A stretch of 63,018 nucleotides of DNA, counting the filler. It is 6 parts of 6 records of this genome, joined end to end, with 100 filler letters (N's around TTAATTAATTAA, not from the genome) between each part and the next. Parts side by side here need not be neighbours in the genome. Positions count along the whole stretch, not along the records: positions 21,881 to 31,538 come from DRR723986_2388; positions 31,639 to 55,016 come from DRR723986_2392; 4 more parts are not named here. The stretch is one strand, 5' to 3'. Positions 30,374-48,011 of the stretch are shown here, in pieces. The notes under the pieces are model-generated. The model searched no databases, was not told the origin of the DNA, and worked only from the letters and a program-made list of their open reading frames with translations. A program made the translations under genes and the position numbers. Position 1 is the stretch's first letter. Each line of letters begins with the position of its first letter.

Positions 30374-30410
30374 TGTTCATATGTGTCAAATAAAAGATCA
30401 CTAGTGTCTA
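30374..30410. promoter_or_regulatory. Candidate tandem operator between stcD-like gene and TetR
   Basis: TGTTCATATGTGTCAA and AGATCACTAGTGTCTA; GTGTC cores at 30383 and 30404 (21 bp apart). Confidence 0.45.
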
Positions 30411-30451
30411 TTTTCCTTGTGAACACCCGCCCCTGCAGCTACACTGGCCTG

Positions 30452-31105
30452 ATGAGCGTGCAGGCAGATCCCACCATTTCCGACGAAAAAACCACCGGCT
30501 GGCGTGGCTCGCGCGATGTGTGGGTGGCTGCCGCGCGGCAGGCGCTTATTGCCTCTGGTGTGGATGCTGTAAAAATTCAGCCGCTGGCCCAAAACCTGCA
30601 AATTGCGCGCACCAGCTTTTATTGGTTCTTCAAGGACCGTAAGGCGCTTTTGGATGCGTTATTGGAAGAATGGGATGCTAAGAACACAGGCGCCTTCATT
30701 GATGCCTGTGGCGCCTATGCAGAAACCATTTCCGAGGCGGTTTTGAACCTGATCGCGGTTTTCCATGATGAGGCACTTTTTGAGCCGCAGCTGGATTTTG
30801 CGATACGTGGCTGGGCGCACAAATCTGACGCGGCGGCCGCACGTGTGCACCAGGCCGATGAGGCCCGGCTGACTGCTATTCGAGAGATGTTTGCGCGTTT
30901 TGGGTTTGCCGAGAATGAGGCAGATGTGCGGGCGCGGACCGTCTATTTGACCCAGATAGGCTATATTTCCATGCAAGTTTCCGAGACTGCGGCTGTGCGG
31001 ATTGCCAGAACACCCGGATATGTGAAAACCTTTTGCGGGCAAGACCCCAGCGCAGGCGAATTGGCGCGTTTTTACGCACGCTTGCGGTTCACCCCGGCAG
31101 CATAG
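30452..31105 (+). CDS. TetR-family regulator (HpbR-like), divergent from the stcD-like operon
   Basis: GWRGS..W, GVDAVKIQPLA..IARTSFYWFF HTH. Confidence 0.85.
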   Translation: MSVQADPTISDEKTTGWRGSRDVWVAAARQALIASGVDAVKIQPLAQNLQIARTSFYWFFKDRKALLDALLEEWDAKNTGAFIDACGAYAETISEAVLNLIAVFHDEALFEPQLDFAIRGWAHKSDAAAARVHQADEARLTAIREMFARFGFAENEADVRARTVYLTQIGYISMQVSETAAVRIARTPGYVKTFCGQDPSAGELARFYARLRFTPAA

Positions 31106-31282
31106 GTTTAAAGAACGCGCCGCTTTGGCGGTGCAGGGCAAGGGTGGGTTGGGCGGGGCGCGCTGCGCGCATTTTCGGCTATAGGGCCGATGGGCTGGAC
31201 GAGCCGATGCAGGGCGGCCTGCCCTTTCCCGCCTGCACAGATGCGGCGGTGGCAGACATTGCCACCCGTTACGCCAGCCGGC

Positions 31283-31538
31283 CTAAAGCAGCCCGGCCTC
31301 TTGCAGCACTTTACGCGCCACGCGAAAGCATTCCATCCCCTGTGGAACGCCACAATATATGGCCACCACGTGGATAATGGCGCGAATTTCTTCTGGGGTG
31401 ACGCCGTTGTTCAGCGCGCCTTTGCAGTGGATTTCCCATTCATGCATCTTGCCCAAGGCGCCGATCATGGACAGGTTCATCATGCTGCGGGTTTTGGCAT
31501 CGATCACCTCATCGCCCCAGCCAAAGCCCCAGCACCAG
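31283..31538 (-). CDS. Carboxymuconolactone decarboxylase (CMD/AhpD-like) family protein, 5'-truncated
   Basis: WCWGFGWG..KTRSMMNL, GALNNGVT.EEI, AIYCGVP. Confidence 0.8.
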
Positions 31539-31638
31539 NNNNNNNNNNNNNNNNNNNNNNNNNNNNNNNNNNNNNNNNNNNNTTAATTAATTAANNNNNN
31601 NNNNNNNNNNNNNNNNNNNNNNNNNNNNNNNNNNNNNN
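31539..31638. other. Artificial contig-joining spacer
   Basis: N run + TTAATTAATTAA + N run. Confidence 0.98.
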
Positions 31639-31851
31639 GTCATCCTCGCCCCAATGGGGGTGGGTGCAGCAGGTATTCGTCCACAGGCCGGGCGTGTGGT
31701 ATTTCACCGAGGCGCGTTTTTGCAGCAGCACCCTGTCGCCATCGGTGACAAAAATCGAAATCGCCTTGTGGCGCAGCCCGCGGCGGTGCACATCGACCTT
31801 ATCAAGCGGCTTCAGCGCGCCATTTTCCCAAGCTGGAATAAGCCATTTCAT
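31639..31851 (-). CDS. idi: Isopentenyl-diphosphate delta-isomerase (type I), 3'-truncated
   Basis: VHRRGLRHKAISIF, LLQKRA, WTNTCCTHP. Confidence 0.92.
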
Positions 31852-33035
31852 GTGTAGCTTGCCTTTACCAACCCGCTGAGATGCAACAGGTTTTTGATGC
31901 CGATGCGCAAATGCGCCATGGGCCGTGCCGCCACCAGCTGTTTGTTCATATAGGCCTCGAATGTCAGGCGCTGCACATCGATATCATGGCACAGGCTGAC
32001 GAAGCGCTCGCGCCGGTCGTCCGAGCGGTAATAGGCGTCTTGCATGCGCCGCAGCACTTTGAACACCATGCCGTGCTGGCGCATGAATAGCTTGCGCGCC
32101 AGTTTCAGATCGCGCGCGCGGCCGCTTGCCAAAAAGGCCTGCGCGGCGGTGGCGGCCACCCGGCCCCCCGCCATGGCGTAATATATGCCCTCGCCCGAGC
32201 TGGGGGCCACCACGCCCGCAGCATCGCCTGCCAGCACCACATCGCGGCCATTGTCCCAGGCCGCCAAGGGCTGCAGGGGTATGGGCGCGCCCTCGCGGCG
32301 GATGGTTTCGCAGCCGGCCAGCCCAGCCATATCGCGCAGGCGGGCGGTGGCCTGTTTCAGATCTGTGCTGCTTTCTTCGGTGCCCATGCCAACGCTGGCG
32401 CTGGGGCCATGGGGAAAGACCCAGCCGTAAAAATCGGTTGATATCGCGCCATCGTAGATGACATCGCAGCGCGTGGGGTCGTAATTGGCATTTGCAGGCG
32501 GCGCTTTGATGATTTCGTGATAGGCGATGACATAAGGAATTTTATCGCCTCCCGGCACCTCGGCGCGGGCCACAGTGCTGCGCGCGCCATCTGCGCCAAT
32601 CACCAGCCGGGTGCGGCTGTGGCGCTCTTGCCCGCTGTCTTTGTCGCGCCAGATCACCCGGGTGCCGGCGCTATCGCGTTCGATGCGCACAAAGGTGCCG
32701 GTCAGCCGATCGGCCCCGTTTTGCTGGGCGCGGGCGCGCAGATATTCGTCGAAATCTTCGCGATCAACCATGCCGACAAAGCCATTTTCAATGGCGATAT
32801 CCACCGCCCGGCCCGTGGGCGAGATCATGCGGGCGGTAGAGATGCGCGCCACGATCAAATGATCTGGAATGGCGAAATCGGCAATAAGCCGGGGTGGAAT
32901 GGCCCCACCGCAGGGCTTGATGCGCCCGGCCCGATCAAGCAGCGCCACCTTATGCCCGGCGCGTGCCAGATCATCGGCCGCGGTGGCGCCCGATGGCCCA
33001 CCGCCCACAATGAAAACATCGTAATCCATGCTCAT
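31848..33035 (-). CDS. bchP: Geranylgeranyl reductase
   Basis: VGGGPSG, KPCGGAIP, FYGWVFPH, GDAAG..GEGIYYA. Confidence 0.95.
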   Translation of the reverse strand: MSMDYDVFIVGGGPSGATAADDLARAGHKVALLDRAGRIKPCGGAIPPRLIADFAIPDHLIVARISTARMISPTGRAVDIAIENGFVGMVDREDFDEYLRARAQQNGADRLTGTFVRIERDSAGTRVIWRDKDSGQERHSRTRLVIGADGARSTVARAEVPGGDKIPYVIAYHEIIKAPPANANYDPTRCDVIYDGAISTDFYGWVFPHGPSASVGMGTEESSTDLKQATARLRDMAGLAGCETIRREGAPIPLQPLAAWDNGRDVVLAGDAAGVVAPSSGEGIYYAMAGGRVAATAAQAFLASGRARDLKLARKLFMRQHGMVFKVLRRMQDAYYRSDDRRERFVSLCHDIDVQRLTFEAYMNKQLVAARPMAHLRIGIKNLLHLSGLVKASYT

Positions 33036-34312
33036 TCCCCTGCTACCAGCTGGGGGCGGCTGGCGCCGCCCATGATTGTTGCCGCCATGACGGCTGCGGC
33101 CAAAAACAGCAGCGCCTGCAGGCTGAAAACCGCGCCAAAGGCGTCGTTTGGTGCCAAAAAGTGGCGTGCGATATCCACCAGCGCCGCGCCCGCCAGCCCG
33201 CCAAAGCCTGCGGCAATGGCCTGCGAGGCGCCCCACAGCCCCATGCGCGTGCCTTCGCGCTGGCCGCCGCCTTCGCCGGCCAGCTGCATCATGGCGCTGA
33301 TCGCGGCCACGGCGAATATGCCGTTAAACAGGCCCAGCCCGATGACCAGCATTTGAAAGGGCACGGCCAGATGCGGGGCCAGAGTGATGGCCCCCAGCAT
33401 GGCGGCCGAGCCCACGCAGCCCAGCATCACCCATGTGCGTGGCGTGCCGATACCAAGGCCCGATGACATCAGGCCAACCGCCAGCATGCCTGTAAACACG
33501 CCGCCATTTTGCGCGCCCGACAGCCGCGTGCTTTCGCCTGGTGTATAGCCAAAGGCAAGGCCGGCGTAGGGCTCGAGTATCAGCTCTTGCATGAAATAGG
33601 CGGTCATCGACAGGAAAACGAAGATGGTGAAATTGCGCGCTTTTGGGTCAGCCCAGGCCTCGGCCAGGGCTGCGGCAAAGGGGGTGTTGGGGCGCGCGCC
33701 TTGCGCATGATCGGGGCGCAGGCCACGTTCGATGCCGGCCACGGCCAGCGCGGTCAGCGCCAGCGCCCCCAGGCAGACTGCGGCCACCACCCACAACAGC
33801 CGCGTGTGGCTGTAAGGGTCTAGCACGCTGCCCACGGTAATGGCGGTCAGCGCGATGCCTGCGATCATCATAAGCCAGGTAATCATTGCGGCGGCGGGGC
33901 GGCGTTTGGGGGCGGTGGCCGCCGCCAAAAGCGCCAAAAGCGATGTGCCCGAGGCGCCAACGCCCAGCCCAATCACCGCATAGCACAGCACCGACAGCGC
34001 CAAGCCTGCGCCAAAATGCGTGGCCAGCAGCGGAATGGCCGCAGCGCTGCCCATGCCGCCCGCGGCCAGCAGCGCCATGCCGCCCACAATCCAGCGGGTG
34101 CGATGGCCGCCCTTATCGGCCATATGGCCCCATTTGGGGCGGGTGATTTGCACCGCGTAATGCAGCGCCACCAATAAGCCCGGCACGATGGCCGCCAGCG
34201 ATAATTCTACCACCATCAGGCGGTTCAGGGTGGATGTCATCAACACCACAATCGCGCCAAGGCAGGCCTGAACCAGCCCCAAACGCATGATTTGCAGCCA
34301 GCTTAACGTCAC
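33032..34312 (-). CDS. pucC: PucC-family (BCD) MFS protein between bchG and bchP
   Basis: RLGLVQ..STLNRLMVVE, ELILEPYAG, GLWGASQA. Confidence 0.85.
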   Translation of the reverse strand: MTLSWLQIMRLGLVQACLGAIVVLMTSTLNRLMVVELSLAAIVPGLLVALHYAVQITRPKWGHMADKGGHRTRWIVGGMALLAAGGMGSAAAIPLLATHFGAGLALSVLCYAVIGLGVGASGTSLLALLAAATAPKRRPAAAMITWLMMIAGIALTAITVGSVLDPYSHTRLLWVVAAVCLGALALTALAVAGIERGLRPDHAQGARPNTPFAAALAEAWADPKARNFTIFVFLSMTAYFMQELILEPYAGLAFGYTPGESTRLSGAQNGGVFTGMLAVGLMSSGLGIGTPRTWVMLGCVGSAAMLGAITLAPHLAVPFQMLVIGLGLFNGIFAVAAISAMMQLAGEGGGQREGTRMGLWGASQAIAAGFGGLAGAALVDIARHFLAPNDAFGAVFSLQALLFLAAAVMAATIMGGASRPQLVAGE

Positions 34313-35205
34313 AGTGCCATCCCCCGCAGCGCATGGGCTGCCACCATCATACCCAAAACATAAGGGCCCACGCCCGTGCCATTAAACCATGGCGCGCGCG
34401 CAGCTGGCGCCTGGCGCCAGCGCCCCAGCGCCCAGATCTGCACGCCAATCCCCAGGCCGATCAGCCCGGCATGCAAGGCCGCGCCCCAGATCAGCAGCAA
34501 GGCCACCACCACCAGCTGCGACAGCACCATCACTGTGCCCGCCACGGTGGCCGCGTCGGTTGGGCCTAAAACCACCGGTAGCGATTTCAGGCCCATCTGC
34601 CTGTCGCCTTCGATGGCCTTGAAATCGTTGATTGTCATGATGCCATGGGCGCCCAGCCCATAAAGCAATGCGATGGCGGTAATTTCAAACTGTGGTGCTG
34701 TGCCCAGCACCACCACGGCGCCTGTCCACCAGGGCAGGGCCTCGTAACTCAGGCCCACCAGCCCCGGCCCCCACCAGCCCGAGCGTTTGGCGCGCAATGG
34801 CTTGGCCGAATAGGCCCAGGCCGCCGCCACGGCGGCCAATGTGGCGCCAAAGCCCCATGGCCCCAGCCAGCTGCCCACCCAGAGCGCCAGTGCGCTCATG
34901 GCCCATGCCACATATAGGCCCAAACGCCCCGGAATGCGCCCCGAGGGGATCGGGCGGTTTGGCTCGTTTATCGCATCGACATGGCGGTCACACCAATCAT
35001 TGGCAGCCTGGCTCATGCCACAAACAATGGGGCCCGCCAGCACGATGCCCACCACCCCCAGGCGCCAATCGGCCCAGGTGCCGCCCGCCGCGATCAAGCC
35101 ACAAAGATAGGCCCACATGGGCGGAAACCATGTAACGGGCTTGATCAGCTCTAGCAGGGCCAAAGGCTGCAGGCGGGGTGCATGTATATGATCTGTGACA
35201 CTCAT
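34309..35205 (-). CDS. bchG: Bacteriochlorophyll synthase
   Basis: KPVTWFPPMWA, NDWCDRHVDAINEPNRPIPSG, NDFKAIEGD. Confidence 0.95.
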   Translation of the reverse strand: MSVTDHIHAPRLQPLALLELIKPVTWFPPMWAYLCGLIAAGGTWADWRLGVVGIVLAGPIVCGMSQAANDWCDRHVDAINEPNRPIPSGRIPGRLGLYVAWAMSALALWVGSWLGPWGFGATLAAVAAAWAYSAKPLRAKRSGWWGPGLVGLSYEALPWWTGAVVVLGTAPQFEITAIALLYGLGAHGIMTINDFKAIEGDRQMGLKSLPVVLGPTDAATVAGTVMVLSQLVVVALLLIWGAALHAGLIGLGIGVQIWALGRWRQAPAARAPWFNGTGVGPYVLGMMVAAHALRGMAL

Positions 35206-35259
35206 GTGTAAATCTTGACTGTCAATTGCGAGTCTCGCAAGTGTAAAGTTTGATTTACA
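35183..35259. promoter_or_regulatory. PpsR/CrtJ operators at the bchG start
   Basis: TGT-N12-ACA at 35183-35200 and 35242-35259 (TGTAAAgtttgaTTTACA); near-match at 35207-35224. Confidence 0.8.
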
Positions 35260-35857
35260 TATGGCTATTTGCCGGATGGGGCAAAATTTCAAAGCGGCAG
35301 CAGGCATCGCCGCAGGCCATGCAGCTGGTTTCGCGGGCCTGTGCGGCGGGCCAGATCAGCGCGGAAAACAGCGTTTGAAACACCGCGGCATGCCAGTGGC
35401 AACTGGGGGCATTGGCCGGGGGCGCGGCCATGGCCAGCGGGTTTTGGTGCAGCTCAAGGCCCAAGGGCCTGCGCTGTGCAACCCGCAGTTGGCCGCTGCC
35501 TGCAAATGTCCAGGCGTGCTGCAAGATCGCGCGCGTCAGCAGCCGGGCGCCCCATGTGGCAGGCAGGGCGCGCAGCAGTGCTTGTGCGGGGCGCGGAATG
35601 CGATTGGCCAAAATATAGCGCCCCGTGCCCACACCTGCCGCCCATTGCAGCGCCGGGGCGCCTGTGCCCAAATGCCGGGTGACGGCGTTGTGAAACCGGG
35701 CCACGGTGGCTTGTGCCACCATGCCATGGGCGGCGGGGGGCTGGGCCAGCCCGGCCTGCGCCAGCAAGGCGGCCGTGGCGCCGGGGCCAAGGCTGCTGTG
35801 CAGCAGGGGCAGGTGCTGCAAAATGGCGTTTGGGCCGATATGTGCGGTGGCGTGCAT
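35255..35857 (-). CDS. bchJ: BchJ (V4R-domain protein)
   Basis: IGPNAIL, YILANRIP, HAWTFAGSG, CHWHAAVF, C.A.G...CRF. Confidence 0.9.
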   Translation of the reverse strand: MHATAHIGPNAILQHLPLLHSSLGPGATAALLAQAGLAQPPAAHGMVAQATVARFHNAVTRHLGTGAPALQWAAGVGTGRYILANRIPRPAQALLRALPATWGARLLTRAILQHAWTFAGSGQLRVAQRRPLGLELHQNPLAMAAPPANAPSCHWHAAVFQTLFSALIWPAAQARETSCMACGDACCRFEILPHPANSHM

Positions 35858-35859
35858 GG

Positions 35860-37488
35860 CTATTGCGCTGCAACGCCTGGGCCTTTTTCGGTGGCGGCAC
35901 TGCGGGTGGCGGCGCGGGCCTTGCCCTGGGCGCGCAGGGCGGCGCGGCGTTCGTCTGCGCGCCGCTTGATATCGGCCGAGGCCTGCCAATCGGCCATCTG
36001 GGCATCGGCGATGGTGCGGTTCATGTCAAAGCCAAAATCCAGATTGTCGCGCGGTGTCATGCTGAAATATCCATGTTTGCCAAGGTCATAGAATTGCCGC
36101 TGCACCCCGGCGCGGAAAAATGCCTTTAGGCAGCCCAGCAGATATTTGCGCCGGTATCCTGTGCCGCGCCATGGGTAGTGAAACAGCGCTTTTTTCATGT
36201 AAAAGCGGCGGTAGTTTTTCAGCACCCCTTCCAAAAGCGCGCCCCGGGTCATGGATTTGGGCTTCATGATTGGGGTGACGAAATTGTATTTCGAGTAATC
36301 AAAAACCTCGACCTGATCGCGCAGTTCCTGAAACAGCGGGGTGAAGGGCCAGGGCGTATACATCGACCAATTGGCCAAATCTGGCTGCCAATCCCAGGCC
36401 ATGCGGTAAGTTTCTTCCAGGGTTTCCGGGGTTTCGTTATCGAGGCCCACGATGAATTGCGCCTCGGTGAAAATATCGGCCTCGCGCAGCAGGCGAATGG
36501 CCTCTTTGTTTTGGGCGACGGTGGTTTCCTTGTTGAACTGATCCAGCTTCATCTGCGCGGCCGCCTCGGTGCCAAGGCTGACATGCACCAGCCCGGCCTT
36601 GCGATAAAGGCCCAGCAATTCCTTGTCGCGCATAATATCGGTGACGCGGGTGTTGATGCCCCATTGCACCCGGTCTGGCAGGTTGCGGGCGATCAATTCG
36701 TTGCAGAATTCGATGAATTTGCGGCGGTTGATTGTGGGTTCTTCATCGGCCAGAATGAAAAAGCCAACGCCATGATTTTCAACCAAATCTTCGATTTCAT
36801 CGACCACTTTCTTGGGGTCGCGCACGCGGTAGTCGCGCCAGAATTTCCACTGGCTGCAGAAGCTGCAGGTAAAGGGACAGCCGCGCGCCATGCTGGGGAT
36901 GGCCACGCGCCGGTTCAGCGGGACATAGATGTATTTTTCCCATTCCAAGAGCGACCAATCGGGTGTGATGGCGTCTAGCTCTTTCACCGTAGGCGCGGCG
37001 GGGGTGGCCACAATTTCGCCCCCCTCGATATAGGCCAGCCCTTTGATCTTGCGGCGGTTTTTGGGCCATTCCCCGGCTTGAACCGCGTGCATCAGCGCTG
37101 TGAGAATTTCCTCGCCTTCGCCGCGCACGATCACGTCGATCCAGGGCGCCTCGGACAGCACTTGGCGATACATAAAGGTGGCATGCACCCCGCCCAGAAC
37201 ACGCAAGGCATTTGGCGCCGCGCTTTGGGCAATTTTCAGCACTTCTTCGGCCACATAGATCGAAGGTGTGATCGCGGTGGTGCCCACCACATCGGGCTGC
37301 AAATCGGCCAGCTGTTGGTGCAGGCTGTCATCGCTGATGTTGTTTGTCATCGCATCGATGAAATGCACATCGTCAAAGCCCGCGCTTTTCAGCGCGCCTG
37401 CCAGATAGGCCACCCAGGCCGGGGGCCAGTTGCCGGCAATTTCCGCACCGCCTGAATGGTAATTCGGGTGTACAAAGACGATTCTCAT
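35860..37488 (-). CDS. bchE: Anaerobic Mg-protoporphyrin IX monomethyl ester cyclase (B12-binding radical SAM)
   Basis: [35 protein letters not shown]. Confidence 0.95.
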   Translation of the reverse strand: MRIVFVHPNYHSGGAEIAGNWPPAWVAYLAGALKSAGFDDVHFIDAMTNNISDDSLHQQLADLQPDVVGTTAITPSIYVAEEVLKIAQSAAPNALRVLGGVHATFMYRQVLSEAPWIDVIVRGEGEEILTALMHAVQAGEWPKNRRKIKGLAYIEGGEIVATPAAPTVKELDAITPDWSLLEWEKYIYVPLNRRVAIPSMARGCPFTCSFCSQWKFWRDYRVRDPKKVVDEIEDLVENHGVGFFILADEEPTINRRKFIEFCNELIARNLPDRVQWGINTRVTDIMRDKELLGLYRKAGLVHVSLGTEAAAQMKLDQFNKETTVAQNKEAIRLLREADIFTEAQFIVGLDNETPETLEETYRMAWDWQPDLANWSMYTPWPFTPLFQELRDQVEVFDYSKYNFVTPIMKPKSMTRGALLEGVLKNYRRFYMKKALFHYPWRGTGYRRKYLLGCLKAFFRAGVQRQFYDLGKHGYFSMTPRDNLDFGFDMNRTIADAQMADWQASADIKRRADERRAALRAQGKARAATRSAATEKGPGVAAQ

Positions 37489-37504
37489 GTGCAACTCCCT
37501 TATG

Positions 37505-37522
37505 TGTCAGGGTATCGTTACA
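37505..37522. promoter_or_regulatory. PpsR operator (bchE proximal)
   Basis: TGTCAGGGTATCGTTACA = TGT-N12-ACA. Confidence 0.8.
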
Positions 37523-37541
37523 CGTGCCGCCGTTTCGGGCC

Positions 37542-37555
37542 TTGATTTACATCAA
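37542..37555. promoter_or_regulatory. FnrL box upstream of bchE
   Basis: Perfect TTGAT-TTAC-ATCAA. Confidence 0.88.
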
Positions 37556-37558
37556 AAA

Positions 37559-37576
37559 TGTAAACCAAAGATTACA
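37559..37576. promoter_or_regulatory. PpsR operator (bchE distal)
   Basis: TGTAAACCAAAGATTACA = TGT-N12-ACA. Confidence 0.8.
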
Positions 37577-37582
37577 GTTGGT

Positions 37583-38986
37583 TTAATCGTCGTCTTTGCT
37601 AAGCATGCCGTATTTGCGCAGCTTTACATAAAGTGATTGGCGCGACAGGCCCAGCATTTCAGCTGCCGCCACGCGGTTGTTGCGCGTCAGCTCGATCGCG
37701 GTTTCGATGCAGATCTTTTCGATCACATCGGTGGTTTCCGATACGATGTCTTTCAGCGTTGAAGAGCCGACCAGCTCGACAATATTCGACATGTTTGACT
37801 CGGGCGTGGCGGTTTGATCGACGCGCACGGTCGAGGCGTTGGTGGCATTGCGAAACACCAGCGCCATCACCGGTTCAAATTGGTCGTCCAGCCAGGTGGC
37901 AGAAATTTCCACCGGCAATTGCGTGCCAAAATCGGTTTTGATCTTGGTGGCATACATGCGCAGCTGCCCGGCGCGGCGGGCGTTATCCAGCAATACGCGC
38001 AGATCCACCGTGCCGCGGCCCAAAAACTCGGCCACAGAGCGGCCTTTGATCGCGCTATTGGCGGGAAAATCGGTGAGGTTCAAAAAGGTCTCCCCAGCCG
38101 CCAGTATGGTGCCATCGCGATCGGTGAAAACGATGGCATCGACCCCTTTGAGAAACAGCTGTCGCAGCCCGCTGATCAGCTGCCCATCGCCCACGGTGCC
38201 CTCGACCGTATCAGACAGGCGCAGCATCGCCAGCTGCTCGCCCGATGCGCGGAAAATCTTGCCGGTCAGCTGCAGGCTGCGCTGGGTGTTGCGGGTTTCA
38301 AAGCTGCGGATATCGCCGGCGCTGGAATGGTTGCCGTTATCGATGACAGACAGCAGGCTTTCGCGCGAAAACCCTTTGAAAAACCGTGAAAGTGGCTGGT
38401 TGATCATATCCGAGCGCGAATAACCCAGCAATTGCGCTGCGCCATGGTTGATATCAACGATGGCGCCGCTGCCGATGGCCACCAGCGCCACCGCCTCGTC
38501 GGTGAAATCCATCAAGATGCGATAGCGCGTGTCAATTTCGCGCTGGGCCTCATAGTCGCGTTCCAGCGCGATTTGGGCGTTCAGCAGTTGTTGCTGAATT
38601 TCCATGATCGAGCGCTGATCTTCGCCGGTCAGCAAAAACTTGGGCTCATTCGGCATTTTATGCAGCGCATAGCGAATGGGCACGGTATGGTTTGGGCCCA
38701 ATTCATGGATCAATTCCAGCCATGCGGCAGGGCGGCGCGATGGGGTGGTGGGGCTTTGCGCCAGGGCCTCTAGCTTTTCGGTCAGCCGGCGTGCCGATGC
38801 CGCGCCAAGCTGGTTTGCCAGGTGTGTGCCCACCCAGCTGGCGCATAAATCTGCGCTAAATGTTTCGGGCTTGGCCAGCGCTGATACGATCAAACCATCG
38901 GCAGAAATGACCACGCACACATCTGCAAAGCTCGTCAAAACGGCGCCTAGGAATGACTCCTCATGCAGAGCGGATGATGCGTTCAT
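37583..38986 (-). CDS. ppsR: Photopigment repressor PpsR/CrtJ
   Basis: PAS domains, QQQLLNAQIALERDY Q-linker, IEKICIETA..AAEMLGLSRQSLYVKL HTH; start at 38986 or 39010. Confidence 0.95.
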   Translation of the reverse strand: MNASSALHEESFLGAVLTSFADVCVVISADGLIVSALAKPETFSADLCASWVGTHLANQLGAASARRLTEKLEALAQSPTTPSRRPAAWLELIHELGPNHTVPIRYALHKMPNEPKFLLTGEDQRSIMEIQQQLLNAQIALERDYEAQREIDTRYRILMDFTDEAVALVAIGSGAIVDINHGAAQLLGYSRSDMINQPLSRFFKGFSRESLLSVIDNGNHSSAGDIRSFETRNTQRSLQLTGKIFRASGEQLAMLRLSDTVEGTVGDGQLISGLRQLFLKGVDAIVFTDRDGTILAAGETFLNLTDFPANSAIKGRSVAEFLGRGTVDLRVLLDNARRAGQLRMYATKIKTDFGTQLPVEISATWLDDQFEPVMALVFRNATNASTVRVDQTATPESNMSNIVELVGSSTLKDIVSETTDVIEKICIETAIELTRNNRVAAAEMLGLSRQSLYVKLRKYGMLSKDDD

Positions 38987-39086
38987 TTGAGTGACCGCTT
39001 CCTTTCGCAAGCAGTTTTACATTGGGCTGCGCGGCCCTTTTTGCCGTGCCAAGGGTGCGCTGTGGCATAAACGCTTAGAGCAAATG

Positions 39087-39884
39087 TCAACCCGCGGCAA
39101 CCGCCGCATTCGCTAAGCCGCATATTTGCAGTGCGGTTTTTACATCTGCGGTTACATGATCAGCACGTGTTTGTTTTCTTAGCGCTTCATGGGCTGCTTG
39201 GGTGTGGTTGGCCACGGCCAGGCCGCCGCCCAAAACGATGGGAACGGCCGGGTGCGCCGAACTGCGAATGGTGGCAATCATTTGGCTGCATTCCGTGATA
39301 ACAGATTTGTTCGATGCGGAAATGAACACGGATTGAAAGCGCGATGTTTCCAAGAGCGGGGCAATCGCCTTGATATCGGGTAGCAGCCCCACCTTTACCG
39401 AAACCCCCGCGCGCCGAATCTGGCTGGCGGCCACCATCGCGCCGATGCTGTGCTGTTCGCCCGGGGGCAGCAGCAGCAGCACGCGGTCGTTATTCTGGCG
39501 GCTGGTTTTGTCAGAGCTCCAGTTGCTGCTGATATCGCGCAGCAGCAGTTGCAGGCGGGAAATTGCCAGGGTGGCATCAAGAATGTTTATCTCGCCATCA
39601 TGCCAAGAGGTGCCAATCTCGTGCACGGCGGCAGGCAGGTAGATATCCACAACCGCCTCGGCGCACATGCGCCGGCGTTTCATGTAATCGAAAACCTGGG
39701 TGGCGGTATCGGCATCGCCGCGATAGGCCAGCTGCACCAAAAGCGTCCGAAATTCGGCATTGGGGGCTGTGTTGGGGGTGCAGTTGTTACGCGTCAGTTC
39801 CGACACCACGCGCAGCGCCAGGCGCTGCACCAGCTGCTGATCACCTTGTTGGGCCAGCTTTGGGGCTTCCATCAAACAGGGCAT
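39087..39884 (-). CDS. ppaA: B12-binding antirepressor PpaA/AerR
   Basis: IGTSW, PGEQHSIG (ExHxxG) cobalamin motif; AAGGAG RBS; adjacent to ppsR. Confidence 0.88.
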   Translation of the reverse strand: MPCLMEAPKLAQQGDQQLVQRLALRVVSELTRNNCTPNTAPNAEFRTLLVQLAYRGDADTATQVFDYMKRRRMCAEAVVDIYLPAAVHEIGTSWHDGEINILDATLAISRLQLLLRDISSNWSSDKTSRQNNDRVLLLLPPGEQHSIGAMVAASQIRRAGVSVKVGLLPDIKAIAPLLETSRFQSVFISASNKSVITECSQMIATIRSSAHPAVPIVLGGGLAVANHTQAAHEALRKQTRADHVTADVKTALQICGLANAAVAAG

Positions 39885-39975
39885 GGCAGATCTCCTTATC
39901 TGCACGCGGTCCAGCACCAAGCCCCTGCGTGGGTGGACGTAACGTCAACTATAGTGTCTACGCGTGGGGCATTTT

Positions 39976-39993
39976 TGTCAAAGAAAAATTACA
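39976..39993. promoter_or_regulatory. PpsR operator (ppaA side)
   Basis: TGTCAAAGAAAAATTACA. Confidence 0.8.
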
Positions 39994-40118
39994 TCATGCG
40001 CCTCGTGTGGGCACTCTGGCTTGGTTGTTTTGAAAAAATCTAATTAAAAACAATAACATAATGGCATATTTTTCGCACAATTCTGTGTGGTTGAATTATC
40101 TGACACTTTGCGGCAAAG

Positions 40119-48010
<7,892 letters not shown>

Positions 48011-48011
<1 letters not shown>

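Noticed and set aside
14575-31105. Apparent clustering of putR-putA with the N-methylproline-type operon
   Set aside because: Metabolically coherent, but they lie on different contigs, so the adjacency is an artefact.
31106-31282. GC-rich spacer with small hairpins (e.g. GGTGGCA-N5-TGCCACC at 31248-31266) as an ncRNA
   Set aside because: It lies between convergent genes, is probably termination structure, and matches no family I recognise.
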